Source: an uncultured candidatus Porisulfidus sp. (GTDB lineage Bacteria > Pseudomonadota > Gammaproteobacteria > Poriferisulfidales > Poriferisulfidaceae). From it: a stretch of DNA of 64,000 nucleotides. Made by a program: the position numbers and the translations under genes. The notes under the pieces were generated by a model that worked only from the letters and a program-made list of their open reading frames with translations, was not told the origin of the DNA and did not search any database. Below are positions 43,741 through 54,277 of the stretch, piece after piece. Position 1 is the first letter of the stretch. Every line of letters starts with the position of its first letter. The DNA lies in the NCBI GenBank assembly GCA_965116025.1, contig OZ220480.1, positions 288,001 to 352,000 on the forward strand, given 5' to 3'.

Positions 43741-45186
43741 TCAGAACAATTTCTGGAAGTTCAGGCGAATCGTGAAGTTGTCGCGATCATAAAGATCGAT
43801 ATTCGATTTCGTCTCGGTGAGCCCGAACGTCAGCTCCGGCAGATAACCGCCCCAAGAAAGGGCCCGGTTGGAGACGGTGACGTGAAAGTTCCTGTGTCGT
43901 TCCTCGCGCCGCTTCTGAAACAGCACGTCGACTCCCTTGTACCGGTTCTCCGCCAACGTCGCCACCGCCGACACGCGCCAGTTCAAGCCGATCAGGGTTT
44001 CGTAGCCCAGCATTCCCTGATGCGACTTCCAGCGTTGTGACGCCCGGTCAGGGTGCTCCGTGGAAACCGTCCAGCCCACGGTCATCCGCGCGCGCTGGAA
44101 GACGCGCTCCACGTACAGGTTCAGCGCTTGCCCTTTCGGATCCAGCTCGCTTGATATCTCGCTGTAGCTAGTGTCCCAATAACGGACGTAGCCCCCGGCC
44201 AGCCACCGGGTGGACAGATACTGCCGGGCCGAGAGCCGAACCCAGGCGCTGCCAGAGTATGGATCTCCCCCCCGCCAGCGCTTCTCATACCCGATATCCG
44301 CCCCAACTTGACCAGGCAACATCTCTCCCGCGAGGTCCATCGTGTAATAGAGCTGCGGGCCTGTCGAGAAATTCATCCAGGTCCGGTTGTGCTCCTTGGC
44401 GTTGCGTGCCGTGTTGCGCGCAAGCCCCGCCCGGGTATGCAGACGAATGCCGCCATCTTCCCGCAAAGGCATGCGGTGAAGAAGATGGGCTCCCGCGCGG
44501 ACCACCCAAGCCTCGACCGGCTTCTCGTTCACCGAGAATCTCAGCCCTCCGAACAAGGGAATGTCCACCTCGTCGACTTCGGCCGCGTTGTTGACGTTTT
44601 TATCCTTCCAGATGCTGAGCTCATAGTCGACCAGCAAGCTTTTCCTTCGGTGAATGCGCTCCAGAAACCCCTCGATGTTGCGCTTCACCGGCTCGGGCAG
44701 GTTTTTCTTCTCTCGAACCCGCCGGAAGATCGCGTCGGCCTCCTCGTCCCTCCCCATCGAATACAGCATGGCGGCGTAGTCCAACTGAATCCGATCCACT
44801 TGAGGGTGACCGCGCGCGAGTTTTTCCAAGATCCGCGCCGCCATCTCGCGGTTTCCCAACCCCATGTGCGCCTGCGCGGCTAAGAAAAGGATATCGACCG
44901 TGGTTCGCCCACCCAACAGTTCCGTAGCCTGGGTCAGAACCCGCAAAGCCTGAGCGAGCTGGCCCTGTTGCAGCCACTGTCCCGCCTCCAGAACGAGTTC
45001 ACGATACCGCTCTTCTCGCTCGTCTAGCCGATCCGCCAGCGCGGGCGTGGAACCCGTCTCCACCACTCCCGCGGAATCGGGCGAGACGGAATCATCGGGC
45101 CACCCGGGACCGCAACTCAGTATCAGTATGACCGCGAAGCCGGCACGAACCGTGGAAAAGGGAGGGGCCTTCAAATTCGCCGTCAT
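43741..45186 (-). CDS. TPR plus outer-membrane beta-barrel protein (Slam/DUF560-like)
   Basis: TPR-like helices (RIQLDYA), DKNVNNA motif, amphipathic beta strands, SNIDLY, terminal Phe. Confidence 0.75.
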   Translation of the reverse strand: MTANLKAPPFSTVRAGFAVILILSCGPGWPDDSVSPDSAGVVETGSTPALADRLDEREERYRELVLEAGQWLQQGQLAQALRVLTQATELLGGRTTVDILFLAAQAHMGLGNREMAARILEKLARGHPQVDRIQLDYAAMLYSMGRDEEADAIFRRVREKKNLPEPVKRNIEGFLERIHRRKSLLVDYELSIWKDKNVNNAAEVDEVDIPLFGGLRFSVNEKPVEAWVVRAGAHLLHRMPLREDGGIRLHTRAGLARNTARNAKEHNRTWMNFSTGPQLYYTMDLAGEMLPGQVGADIGYEKRWRGGDPYSGSAWVRLSARQYLSTRWLAGGYVRYWDTSYSEISSELDPKGQALNLYVERVFQRARMTVGWTVSTEHPDRASQRWKSHQGMLGYETLIGLNWRVSAVATLAENRYKGVDVLFQKRREERHRNFHVTVSNRALSWGGYLPELTFGLTETKSNIDLYDRDNFTIRLNFQKLF

Positions 45187-45446
45187 TCGGATAATGAGTC
45201 CACGATTCGAGTCGCCGCTTTCAATCTTCAACGCGCCCGTCCCGGCCACCTGGATTCCGGCCTTCAGCGAAGAGACCCGAGCGCTCGTTCCTTTCGTTTT
45301 CCAAGGACATTCGGACGACTCGCGCTTGACGCACGGCCCTATAGATGACACCAAGGCTAGGATTCAAGACGGAAATTATGCCGCCACCACGCGCGCCCGT
45401 CAACGAATCGCGATGGCTTCGCTACTACTGACCGTGGCGCCCATCA

Positions 45447-45926
45447 TTAGGGGGTCAATTCCCGCGGGCCTCTGACGACCTCTTTCAGGCCTTCTAGCCC
45501 CATCACTCTCCCTTCCATTCTTTCCGCCCACTTTTCCATTCTCGCCATGCGCTCCTCCATCCGCACCGCCCACTTTTCCATTCTCGCCATGCGCTCCTCC
45601 ATCCGCACCGCCCATTTTTCCATTCTCGCCATACGCTCCTCCATCCGCACCGCCCACTTTTCCATTCCCGTCATACGCTCCTCCATCCGCACCGCCCACT
45701 TTTCCATTCCCGTCATACGTTTTTCCACTTCGGTCACATGCCCCTCCACTCTTACCATTCGCTCGCCAAGACCCGCCATGTCCTTGCGGAGGTCAGCGAT
45801 ATCCCGGCTGGTTTCTTTGCGGTGCTCCGCCATATCTCGGTGGAGCGCGGCGATATCGTGCTGGATTTTCCAAAGGAAACTCACGACCGCCATCAACGCG
45901 ACGAGCTGAATTGCTGTTTCAAACAT
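45447..45926 (-). CDS. Membrane-anchored coiled-coil protein with 14-aa tandem repeats
   Basis: Hydrophobic N-terminus TAIQLVALMAVVSFLW, then heptad pattern and MEKWAVRMEERM(A/T)(R/G) repeats. Confidence 0.75.
   Translation of the reverse strand: MFETAIQLVALMAVVSFLWKIQHDIAALHRDMAEHRKETSRDIADLRKDMAGLGERMVRVEGHVTEVEKRMTGMEKWAVRMEERMTGMEKWAVRMEERMARMEKWAVRMEERMARMEKWAVRMEERMARMEKWAERMEGRVMGLEGLKEVVRGPRELTP
45524..45719. repeat. 42-bp tandem repeat, about 4.7 copies
   Basis: Unit ccgcccacttttccattctcgccatgcgctcctccatccgca starts at 45524, 45566, 45608, 45650 and 45692. Confidence 0.95.
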
Positions 45927-46106
45927 AATGATCCTATGTTCTGGTCAGCTCGTCTTAATTTCTGACCTTGATTCGGTGAATCGGATACCCCTCTGTAAAT
46001 TCCATTTTTCGGGGGCAGGCAGTGATCCGTAGTCTAGCACAAGTCGTGGAAATCCAGTGTCACGGAAAACCAGAAACTCATGGCGCAGCAATCGTAATCT
46101 ATATAG

Positions 46107-46119
46107 AATCAATCACTTG
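46107..46119 (+). promoter_or_regulatory. IHF consensus match
   Basis: AATCAATCACTTG matches WATCAANNNNTTR in an AT-rich intergenic region. Confidence 0.4.
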
Positions 46120-46309
46120 AATAAAAACCGATACCACAAGGCGTGCCCCAGATGACAACCGAAACGCTCCTCGCCCTCCGAACGCCTTCCCGGCCCTCCT
46201 CCACGCTCTCACATGATTTCGGAGCGAGAATCCAGCGGAACCATCCGCCTTCTCGAACGATGATCCTACGGGATGGACAGTGAGAAGTTCGCGTTCGATT
46301 CGCCCAGCG

Positions 46310-49300
46310 TCACTCGGGGTTGGCCACGATGCCGTCTCCTCCTTCCGCGATCATGCTCCCTCCCTCGGATGAGGGTGCCGGCTCGCTCCGACCGGATTCC
46401 GAATTCGGATCGGCGCCACCAGTCTCCGACCGCGCAGGATCCTCAAACGGACGCGCTTTTCGATCCTCCTTGAGCAATCGCTCAAGCTCACGGTGAAGAC
46501 GGTCGACGACCTCGCCCGAATCTCGAAACCAATTCGTGGACCAGACCCGAAGAATGTTCCAACCGAGCCCCTCCAGCACGGCCTGCCGGATCTTGTCCCG
46601 ATCCCGGGCGGTCGCTGAGGAATGGTATCTGGCTCCGTCGCACTCGATGCCAGCGAGATACCTGCCCGCGCGGTCGGGATGCACGACGCCAAGATCCACG
46701 CGAAAGCCGGACACCCCGATCTGGGTCCGAACTTCCCAGCCCTTTCTTCGAAACGCGGCCGCCACCGCTTCCTCGAAAGGATTCTCGGCGGGACCGAGCG
46801 AGCCCTCGTCCTGCGCGGGCAACGCGATCTCCCCGCGCTCGGCGTAGTCGAGAAACCCTTTCAGGTGCCGCACCCCGGTCGCGCGGGTGCGACCGAGGTC
46901 GATCTGGTCGGCCCGAATCGAGGAGAACACGTGGAATTCGCGGCGCGCGCGGGTGATCGCTACGTTGAGCCGCTTCTCTCCTCCCTCGTTGTTGATCGGC
47001 CCGAAATTCATCGTGAGCTTGCCCGCGAGGTCGGGCCCGAACGTGACCGAGAACAGCATGACGTCGCGCTCGTCGCCCTGGATGTTCTCCAAGTTCTTCA
47101 CGATCACCGGCTCCTCGCGCTGATCGGAGAAGAACCACTCGAGCGCGCCATCGTCGCGGCGAATCTCGTCGAGCAGATCCAGAATGAGCGACTGCTGCTG
47201 GATATTGAACGTGATGATCCCGAGAGTCTGGCGCTCGTCCTCTGGATCGTCGAGCCACTCCGTGAGGCGCCGCCGCGCCATCTCGGCGACGGCCTTGGCC
47301 TCGGCTCGATTCGCGCGGGCTCCGCCTCGCTCGTACACGCCATCCACCTTGTGAAACTGGAGCGCCCCGGAACCCGGGGCGGGCGCGGGAAACGTCACGA
47401 GCCTTCCGCCGTAGTAGAAATGGTTTGAAAACGCGATGAGCGCCTCGTCCCGGCTTCGGTAGTGCCAGGTCAGGTCTCGGCGCGACACGCCCGCGACTGC
47501 CACCTCGTCGAGGATCGAGGGCATGTCGCGCTCGATTTCCGGGAGATCCTCGTCCTCCTCGTCCACGCGACCAAAGAAATTCGTCGGGGGAAGCTGCTTG
47601 GGATCGCCCACGATGATCGTCTGGCGACCGCGCGCGATCGCGCCGATCGCGTCCCAAGTGGTGATTTGCGACGCCTCATCGAAAATCACCACGTCGAAAG
47701 CGGCCTGATCCGCCGGCAGATACTGGGCGATCGAGAGCGGAGACATCAGCACGCATGGCGCGAGCTTCCCGAAAGATTCGGGAAGACTGGCCAGAAGCTG
47801 CCGAATCGGCATGGACGGACGCTTGAGGCCAAGCTGGTGGCGGAGAACGCCCAGCTCCGATTTTCTCGAGACTCCGTCGCGCGCGGGCAAACCGTGCGCG
47901 ACGCGCCGCATCACCTCGCCCGCCGCGAGCTCCATCGCCTGATCGTCGATCTCGCGAAAGGCCTTGACGATGTCCTCGTGTCTCCAATACGCGAAGCCTC
48001 GGAGCTCGTCACTCGCGTCGATCGCGAGCGGAAGCCACCAGAACGCGTAGGCCCGTCGGAAAGCGTCTTCCGCGTCTCCTTCCGCTCGCCCGCTCTCGAG
48101 CGCCTCGATGAGCGGGCCGAGACCCGCGGCCATGCCTTCCTCGCTCTTCTTTCTCCATATGGTCCAGTCCTGCAGGCGCCCGCGCTCCTCGACCACGAGC
48201 GCGAGGCCGGCATCAAGGTCTTCTACGCTCGCGCCATCGGGGCGAGCGCCGCCCGCGCGCTCGAATCTTCGAGCCTCGTCGTCCACTTCCGTTTCCACTT
48301 CCAGGTAGGCCCCAAGCGCGTTCCGAACGGCTCCGCCAGCCGAGGAACCCAGCTCGACGGCAGCGGCCTCAAGGCGAGACGAATCGTCGATGTCAGCTTC
48401 CAGATCCACCAAGGCGGCCCGGAGCCTGACCGCGTGGCGAACCGCTTCCGTCATGCGACGCGCGTCTACTTCCCCATTCGCGCTCGCGACCGGAAGCAAA
48501 GGGCTCTCGCGGATCGCGGCATCAAACTCCCGCATCCGAAACAGCGCCTTCAAGTCCACGTCGGGGTCGGCCGCTCCGTCGTCCGCATAGCCCCGCAAGA
48601 GCTTCCGAACCTTTCGCTTCGAGAAAACCGAGAGTGGCCAGAATCTCGCCTGGGCCTCGCGCCAGTCCATGTCCAGTCGATCCAAAGGCATCCTTCGAAC
48701 CGTCTCCAGCGAATACGTCGCCAACGCTTCGGATCTGGCGGCGGCAAGTTCCCTGACGCACATCGCGAACGCGTCCGCTTCGGCAACAAGGCGTTCCGCC
48801 GGGATATCCGGCACGAGGGAGAGATCCGCCGCCCCGCGCTCCGCGCGGGGGGCGAGCGCCTTGAGACGCTCCCGACGGTCGGCCGCGAGCCCGGGATCAT
48901 CGCGCAGACCCAGCTCGCGGGCCAGCGCGGATGCAACGCGCCTCAGCTTGTCAAGCGCGGAGCGAAAAGATTCGGCCGCGTCCAAGATTTCCCTCTCCCA
49001 CTGGAAGGACCACTCTCCGCCGTGGATCAGCTGAAGGGACGGACCAGCCCCGACCGCGGCATGCGTCCGCGCGAGATCGACGGCCAGACTCGCCAGACGC
49101 TCGTAGCTTTTCTCGTCGTGCGCGTCCTTGTCCGCGAACGCGACGTCGAACGCCGGCTTACCCGGAGCCGCCAGCGCGATCGCCTCAGACACGCTGAATC
49201 CCTGCGACCCCCTAGCGTGAAGAGCCTCGACATAGGCATTCAACTGATCCCGGTGCAACCTCAGCCTGTCACTCACATCGATCCACGTCTCTTCCTCGTT

Positions 49301-51637
49301 CCCCGAAGCCCGGTCCCAACCACGTCCCAACTGCTTGATCACCGACCTCCGCTCCGTTTTGTTGGAATGCAGCTCAAGCACCGCGTCGCCCAGCCCCGTC
49401 GTCACCAGCCTGCGCTGGACCACGTCCAGAGCCGCCGCCTTCTCCGCGACGAACAGCACGGTCTTCCCCTCGCTCAGACACTGCGCGATGATGTTCGTGA
49501 TGGTCTGACTCTTGCCTGTGCCCGGAGGCCCGACCAAGATGAAGTCGCGGCCTTCCGAAGCAGCCAAGATGGCCGCGAGCTGCGAACTGTCCGCCGGCAA
49601 GGGAGTCAAGACATCTCGCGGCGAGCAGCGCCGGTCAATCTCCCTCGGCTTGATGGGAGCGCCACCGCCAGCTCCCGCGTAGGTCTCGTCGGAACCGTCG
49701 ATGAGATACTCGACCAGGCGGTTGCTCTTGAGCTGATCCTCGCGGTCGACCAGATCTTTCCACATCAGATACTTGGCGAACGAGAAGGTCGCGAGCGCGA
49801 GCTCCTCGACCACCTCGAACCCTGCGATGTCCAGCACCTTCCGACGCATGACGCCAAGAATTCTCTTGACATCGATTCCGCTCTCATCAAGCGGCAAATC
49901 TCCTTCAAGCTCATGGATTCTGAGGTTAAAATCCCGCTTCAGGAATTCCAGCAACGTGGAGTTGATTCGCACGTCGTCCTCGTGGTACGAGAGCTGGAAC
50001 GGAGACCGGGACGACCGGCGCGCCAACCTGACCGGGATCAGGATCAGCGGAGCGCGGTAAACGCGCGCCTCGCCCTCGATTCTCTTCCAGCGCAGGAACC
50101 CGGCGGCCAAGAAAAGCGTGTTCGTTCCCCCTTCCTGCATGTCGCTTTTCGCGCCACGGTGCAACCCCAGCAGACGAGCGTCCATCTCATGCCCAGAAAG
50201 CGGCACCGAGATCTCCGCCCGCTCGAACGCACCTCGAACCACGTCCTCCTCAATTCTCCTCCTCTCCTCCGGGGAAACCTTCCGGTCGCCAATCGGATCA
50301 TTGTCGATCAGGGAGAACGCCCGAAATTTCTCTCCACTGGCCAACCTGTCCTCCAAGACGGCGACATTCGGGCAGCGCAACGGAAGAGTCCGCTTGCCAT
50401 CGCGATAGTTGAGCAGGCGATTTCGGAGCGACAGATCGAGAAGCTTTCGGTGCCAGCGCTCGATTCGTCCCTGAGGCGTCTCGGGCTCCTCATCGATGAT
50501 CTCGCTCGGCAACAACCCGAAATCCGGTGGCGGCGGCAATGGAGCGGGCGCCACGTCCCCCGCCTCTGGAGATTCCGAGAGATCCGCGATCCTGTGACTC
50601 GCCAAGGGACGGACGCAAGAGGCGCGCGCTCGAGCGATATCGACAGCCATGACGAAATCGGGATCACGGCTCTCGGCGAGGCGGCGGCGGCCCTCATCGA
50701 CCGCCTCGTCAAATCTGACCGCGGGGCGCCTGGTCAGCAACGTCGTCTCGACCGGCGCGAACTCATGGACCTGCATGGACTTGCGAACGGCGACGACATC
50801 CGGTTCCGTCACATGCCCAAAACCCGCCTTCCCCGAAAGCCAGACTCCAACCCAAGCATGTCCTCGCGAGAAAAGAACCAAGGAATTGAGGCCCGCGGCC
50901 TCGAAAGCCGCCGCGAGGAAAAGCGAGGAATCCAAGCATGTCGCGAGACCCTCGCCGACGATTCGCCCCGGCCCCCGAATCTTCTGTCCCTTTTCCTCGA
51001 AGGATGCCGGAGGCTCGGCATAGGTGAGCCCAAGGCTGGTCGCGGCGGACCAAATCGCGCTGGCGAGCATGTAGACGCGTCCCGGATCACCCGACTGGTA
51101 GCCATCCAATGACCCGTCGCGACCTCCTTTCTCCAACAGACGGGAAGCGGCCTTCAGGATGTCGGCCACCGCGGGATCGTTCGGGGACACGAACGCGGCG
51201 AGGGTCTTGACCATATCGTCCACGCCGCCCCACTCGTCGCGCGCGAGAAGATCGACCCGGCGCTCCTCAACGATGGCTTGGAACCCTGGAACCTCCATGC
51301 GTAACTCCAGCTTGCCGAGCTCCGCCTCATCAAGCCTCCCCAAACGCTCGATGTCCAACGGGGTGGAAAGATCGCCGACCGAGAATTCGGAGTTGGGGGC
51401 GACCCGGTCGACGACCCAGGTCTTCTCGCGGATGATCGGGGGAACGGCCCGGAGCGTGATCCTCAGATCCTCAAGTCCCTCGTCGGTCGGATTGACGACC
51501 GTGATGCCCTTGATGATCGCGACATCGTTCTGCGCCGAGGCGAAGTTGACCCGTCTCGCCGCGTCACATCGCAACGATACTCTCTCGGATTCCTTCCGCT
51601 CGCTCAAGGTCTCGCTCTCGTTCAGGCTTTCATTCAT
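46310..51637 (-). CDS. DUF4011 - SF1 helicase - Vsr-like nuclease fusion (Hhe-like defence protein)
   Basis: LLDLSLRNRLLN, GPPGTGKSQT, DEASQ, GDPKQLPP, HYRS, QGDERD, RLNVAITRA, IECDG..YHSS..ARDRD, GW.ILRVWS. Confidence 0.87.
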   Translation of the reverse strand: MNESLNESETLSERKESERVSLRCDAARRVNFASAQNDVAIIKGITVVNPTDEGLEDLRITLRAVPPIIREKTWVVDRVAPNSEFSVGDLSTPLDIERLGRLDEAELGKLELRMEVPGFQAIVEERRVDLLARDEWGGVDDMVKTLAAFVSPNDPAVADILKAASRLLEKGGRDGSLDGYQSGDPGRVYMLASAIWSAATSLGLTYAEPPASFEEKGQKIRGPGRIVGEGLATCLDSSLFLAAAFEAAGLNSLVLFSRGHAWVGVWLSGKAGFGHVTEPDVVAVRKSMQVHEFAPVETTLLTRRPAVRFDEAVDEGRRRLAESRDPDFVMAVDIARARASCVRPLASHRIADLSESPEAGDVAPAPLPPPPDFGLLPSEIIDEEPETPQGRIERWHRKLLDLSLRNRLLNYRDGKRTLPLRCPNVAVLEDRLASGEKFRAFSLIDNDPIGDRKVSPEERRRIEEDVVRGAFERAEISVPLSGHEMDARLLGLHRGAKSDMQEGGTNTLFLAAGFLRWKRIEGEARVYRAPLILIPVRLARRSSRSPFQLSYHEDDVRINSTLLEFLKRDFNLRIHELEGDLPLDESGIDVKRILGVMRRKVLDIAGFEVVEELALATFSFAKYLMWKDLVDREDQLKSNRLVEYLIDGSDETYAGAGGGAPIKPREIDRRCSPRDVLTPLPADSSQLAAILAASEGRDFILVGPPGTGKSQTITNIIAQCLSEGKTVLFVAEKAAALDVVQRRLVTTGLGDAVLELHSNKTERRSVIKQLGRGWDRASGNEEETWIDVSDRLRLHRDQLNAYVEALHARGSQGFSVSEAIALAAPGKPAFDVAFADKDAHDEKSYERLASLAVDLARTHAAVGAGPSLQLIHGGEWSFQWEREILDAAESFRSALDKLRRVASALARELGLRDDPGLAADRRERLKALAPRAERGAADLSLVPDIPAERLVAEADAFAMCVRELAAARSEALATYSLETVRRMPLDRLDMDWREAQARFWPLSVFSKRKVRKLLRGYADDGAADPDVDLKALFRMREFDAAIRESPLLPVASANGEVDARRMTEAVRHAVRLRAALVDLEADIDDSSRLEAAAVELGSSAGGAVRNALGAYLEVETEVDDEARRFERAGGARPDGASVEDLDAGLALVVEERGRLQDWTIWRKKSEEGMAAGLGPLIEALESGRAEGDAEDAFRRAYAFWWLPLAIDASDELRGFAYWRHEDIVKAFREIDDQAMELAAGEVMRRVAHGLPARDGVSRKSELGVLRHQLGLKRPSMPIRQLLASLPESFGKLAPCVLMSPLSIAQYLPADQAAFDVVIFDEASQITTWDAIGAIARGRQTIIVGDPKQLPPTNFFGRVDEEDEDLPEIERDMPSILDEVAVAGVSRRDLTWHYRSRDEALIAFSNHFYYGGRLVTFPAPAPGSGALQFHKVDGVYERGGARANRAEAKAVAEMARRRLTEWLDDPEDERQTLGIITFNIQQQSLILDLLDEIRRDDGALEWFFSDQREEPVIVKNLENIQGDERDVMLFSVTFGPDLAGKLTMNFGPINNEGGEKRLNVAITRARREFHVFSSIRADQIDLGRTRATGVRHLKGFLDYAERGEIALPAQDEGSLGPAENPFEEAVAAAFRRKGWEVRTQIGVSGFRVDLGVVHPDRAGRYLAGIECDGARYHSSATARDRDKIRQAVLEGLGWNILRVWSTNWFRDSGEVVDRLHRELERLLKEDRKARPFEDPARSETGGADPNSESGRSEPAPSSEGGSMIAEGGDGIVANPE

Positions 51638-51971
51638 CCCGATCCCCTGCTCCAGAGGAGCCACACTGAGCGGCGGTGGCTCGGAAAGGCATCCGGGATT
51701 ATAAGGGAGTCACAAACGTGAAACTGCTTGGCGAAACTCGGAAGCGGACAAGAAAGCGAAACGAAATTGTGAATCCGATTCAGTGGCGGAGCGAAAAATT
51801 GTGAGGATATTCGACACCCATATCAACGTCGATCACTCCTTGACAAAGGTTGACTAGTCGACCATGTCGATAAAAGATGATGTATGGATGCGGAACAGAA
51901 TGTCGTCCGTGACAATGAGTTTCTGCTAATCGGCTCAAAATCACCGGCATTCCTTGGGTAAAATCTATTCC

Positions 51972-53705
51972 GTGGCATCGCACCAACTCGAGATCCACCT
52001 TCCTGCGCCGCCCGCAGCCGGCGGGGATCAACTGGTTCCAGCAAGAATGGTGAACGAGTTCGTCTACTGCCCACGCTTGGCCTATCTCATGTGGGGACAA
52101 GCCGAATGGGCGGAGACCGGCGACACCGTGGACGGGCGGCGCGTGCACACCCGGGTCGACCGTCCCAACAAGCCGCTACCCGATCCCGAGGCGTTGGAAG
52201 ACGAGACCAAGGTAATCAGTCGCTCCCTGACTCTATCGTCTGAGAAACTCGGCGTGATCGCGAAAATCGATATTGCTGAGGCCGAGGATGGCGTGGTCAC
52301 ACCGGTTGACTACAAACGCGGAAAGCGACCTCATGTGGCAAAAGGCTCCTATGAACCAGAGCGCATCCAAGTCTGCCTGCAGGCGCTACTTCTTGAAGAA
52401 CATGGCTACAAAGTTGAGGAAGGAGCCATCTGGTACGCTGAAAGCCGCGAGCGAGTCCGGGTCGCTCTTGACGACGAGCTACGATTTGCCGCCCGGGAAG
52501 CCGTGAGCCGACTGCGCCTGACAGTAGCCCATGAACGCATCCCTCCACCGTTGCGCGATAGCCCGAAGTGCCCGCGTTGCGCGCTCGTCTCTATCTGCCT
52601 GCCTGATGAGACTAGATCGCTTGGAGGATCGAATCTGGCACCCCGTCCGATCGCTGTCGGAGCGGACGAGGCCCTGCCTTTGATCGTCCAATCGCAACGA
52701 GCGCGAATCGCCAAGGAGGGTGAGACTCTCAAGATCTCCGACGAGGAGAAAGGCGATACTGTCGTGCGGCTGAACGATGTCTCCGATGTGGCGCTGTTTG
52801 GAAACGTCTCGATCACCACGCCCGCGCTCTCCACGCTCATGGACCGGGAGATTCCAGTCGCGTTCCATAGCCATGGTGGCTGGTTTCGCGGTATCGCCCA
52901 CGGGGTGGGACACCGCAATGTCGAGGTGCGCGCGGCGCAATACCGACGTAGCTTCGATACGAGCTATTGCCTAGATTTCGCCCGCGGCCTAGTCGCCGCC
53001 AAGATCGTGAACCAGCGGACCATCATACGGCGCAACTGGCGCGGCGACCAGGACCAGCGCAAGATCGTGCTGGACCGACTCAACGCGGCGCGCAGGACAA
53101 CCAAGGTTGCCTCCACGACAAGCGCGTTGCTGGGGGTCGAGGGAGACTCGGCGGCGACGTACTTCCGGGCACTCGCTAAGATTCTGGCACCTCCCAGCAG
53201 CAGAGATTCCACGAAAGAAACTGAAGATCTCGCGCCCTTCCGCTTCGACGCGCGCAACCGCAGGCCGCCTACCGATCCCGTGAACTCCATGCTGTCACTC
53301 GCCTACGCCATGCTAACGCGACACTTGACCATCGCGCTCGCCACCGTCGGACTCGATCCCTATCAGGGTTTCTTTCACGCATCGCGCTACGGAAAACCCG
53401 CGTTGGCACTCGACATCATGGAACCATTTCGGCCGATCATAGCGGATTCCGTGGTTTTGTCAGCAGTCAATACCGGTGAAGTCTCGCCAACGGACTTCGT
53501 CAACGCTCCCACCGGAACATCGCTCACCCCCGCCGGACGCCGTCGCTTCGTCGGCGTGTTCGAGCGGCGACTATCGCAGGAAACCACACATCCACTGTTC
53601 GGCTACCGACTCAGCATGCGCCGTCTTTTGATACTCCAGGCGCGCCTACTGAGTCGACACTTGCTGGGCGAGTTACCTCACTACCCACACTATCTCCCCA
53701 GATGA
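51972..53705 (+). CDS. cas1: Cas4-Cas1 fusion
   Basis: Cas4: YCPR, KID..PVDYKRG, CPRC..C. Cas1: GVEG.SA..YF, RRPPTDPVN, H, LALDIMEPFR. Confidence 0.95.
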   Translation: MASHQLEIHLPAPPAAGGDQLVPARMVNEFVYCPRLAYLMWGQAEWAETGDTVDGRRVHTRVDRPNKPLPDPEALEDETKVISRSLTLSSEKLGVIAKIDIAEAEDGVVTPVDYKRGKRPHVAKGSYEPERIQVCLQALLLEEHGYKVEEGAIWYAESRERVRVALDDELRFAAREAVSRLRLTVAHERIPPPLRDSPKCPRCALVSICLPDETRSLGGSNLAPRPIAVGADEALPLIVQSQRARIAKEGETLKISDEEKGDTVVRLNDVSDVALFGNVSITTPALSTLMDREIPVAFHSHGGWFRGIAHGVGHRNVEVRAAQYRRSFDTSYCLDFARGLVAAKIVNQRTIIRRNWRGDQDQRKIVLDRLNAARRTTKVASTTSALLGVEGDSAATYFRALAKILAPPSSRDSTKETEDLAPFRFDARNRRPPTDPVNSMLSLAYAMLTRHLTIALATVGLDPYQGFFHASRYGKPALALDIMEPFRPIIADSVVLSAVNTGEVSPTDFVNAPTGTSLTPAGRRRFVGVFERRLSQETTHPLFGYRLSMRRLLILQARLLSRHLLGELPHYPHYLPR

Positions 53706-53718
53706 CGGACGATCTTCC

Positions 53719-54012
53719 ATGAGCGACGAACGCACCTACATCGTCACCTACGACATCTCCAATCCAAAGCGCTGGCGGCGTGTTTTCAAAACCATGAATG
53801 GATTCGGAGAGTGGCTTCAACTATCGGTATTCCAATGCCGTCTTTCGCTCCGGCGCCGAGCGGAATTGGAAACCCAGTTGCGCGAACTGATCAAGGCGGG
53901 TGAGGACCACGTTCTGGTGATCGACATCGGCCCAGCGGACAAGACCAATGTCGCCGTCATGAGCATCGGCAAGACTTTCTCGTCAATCGAACGGCACGCT
54001 GTCATTGTATGA
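53719..54012 (+). CDS. cas2: CRISPR-associated endonuclease Cas2
   Basis: YIVTYDIS..KR, LQLSVF. Confidence 0.95.
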   Translation: MSDERTYIVTYDISNPKRWRRVFKTMNGFGEWLQLSVFQCRLSLRRRAELETQLRELIKAGEDHVLVIDIGPADKTNVAVMSIGKTFSSIERHAVIV

Positions 54013-54277
54013 TGGGACGATTGAGTTCGGGAAACCATACGTCAATGCTCGGTATCAAAAATAATGGGCATCGCCTCCGCCGGGTCGATTCGAGCGGCGC
54101 GACAATGCTGAATTGCCGGGGCTCGCTCGAAACCGCGCATCCTATTGATGAATCCGCATTTCAGTGTGATAGACTGGTCGCGCATGGTGCGAATTGGATG
54201 CTTATGCCAAAGAAATTTGACGACCGCTCGAAATCGTCCGAAATTTGCCTTGGAAAACAAATGGTTGCAAGCCGCGG
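54013..54277 (+). promoter_or_regulatory. CRISPR leader
   Basis: Lower-GC stretch between cas2 and repeat 1; near-IHF site AAACAAATGGTTG (54255-67, one mismatch). Confidence 0.75.
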
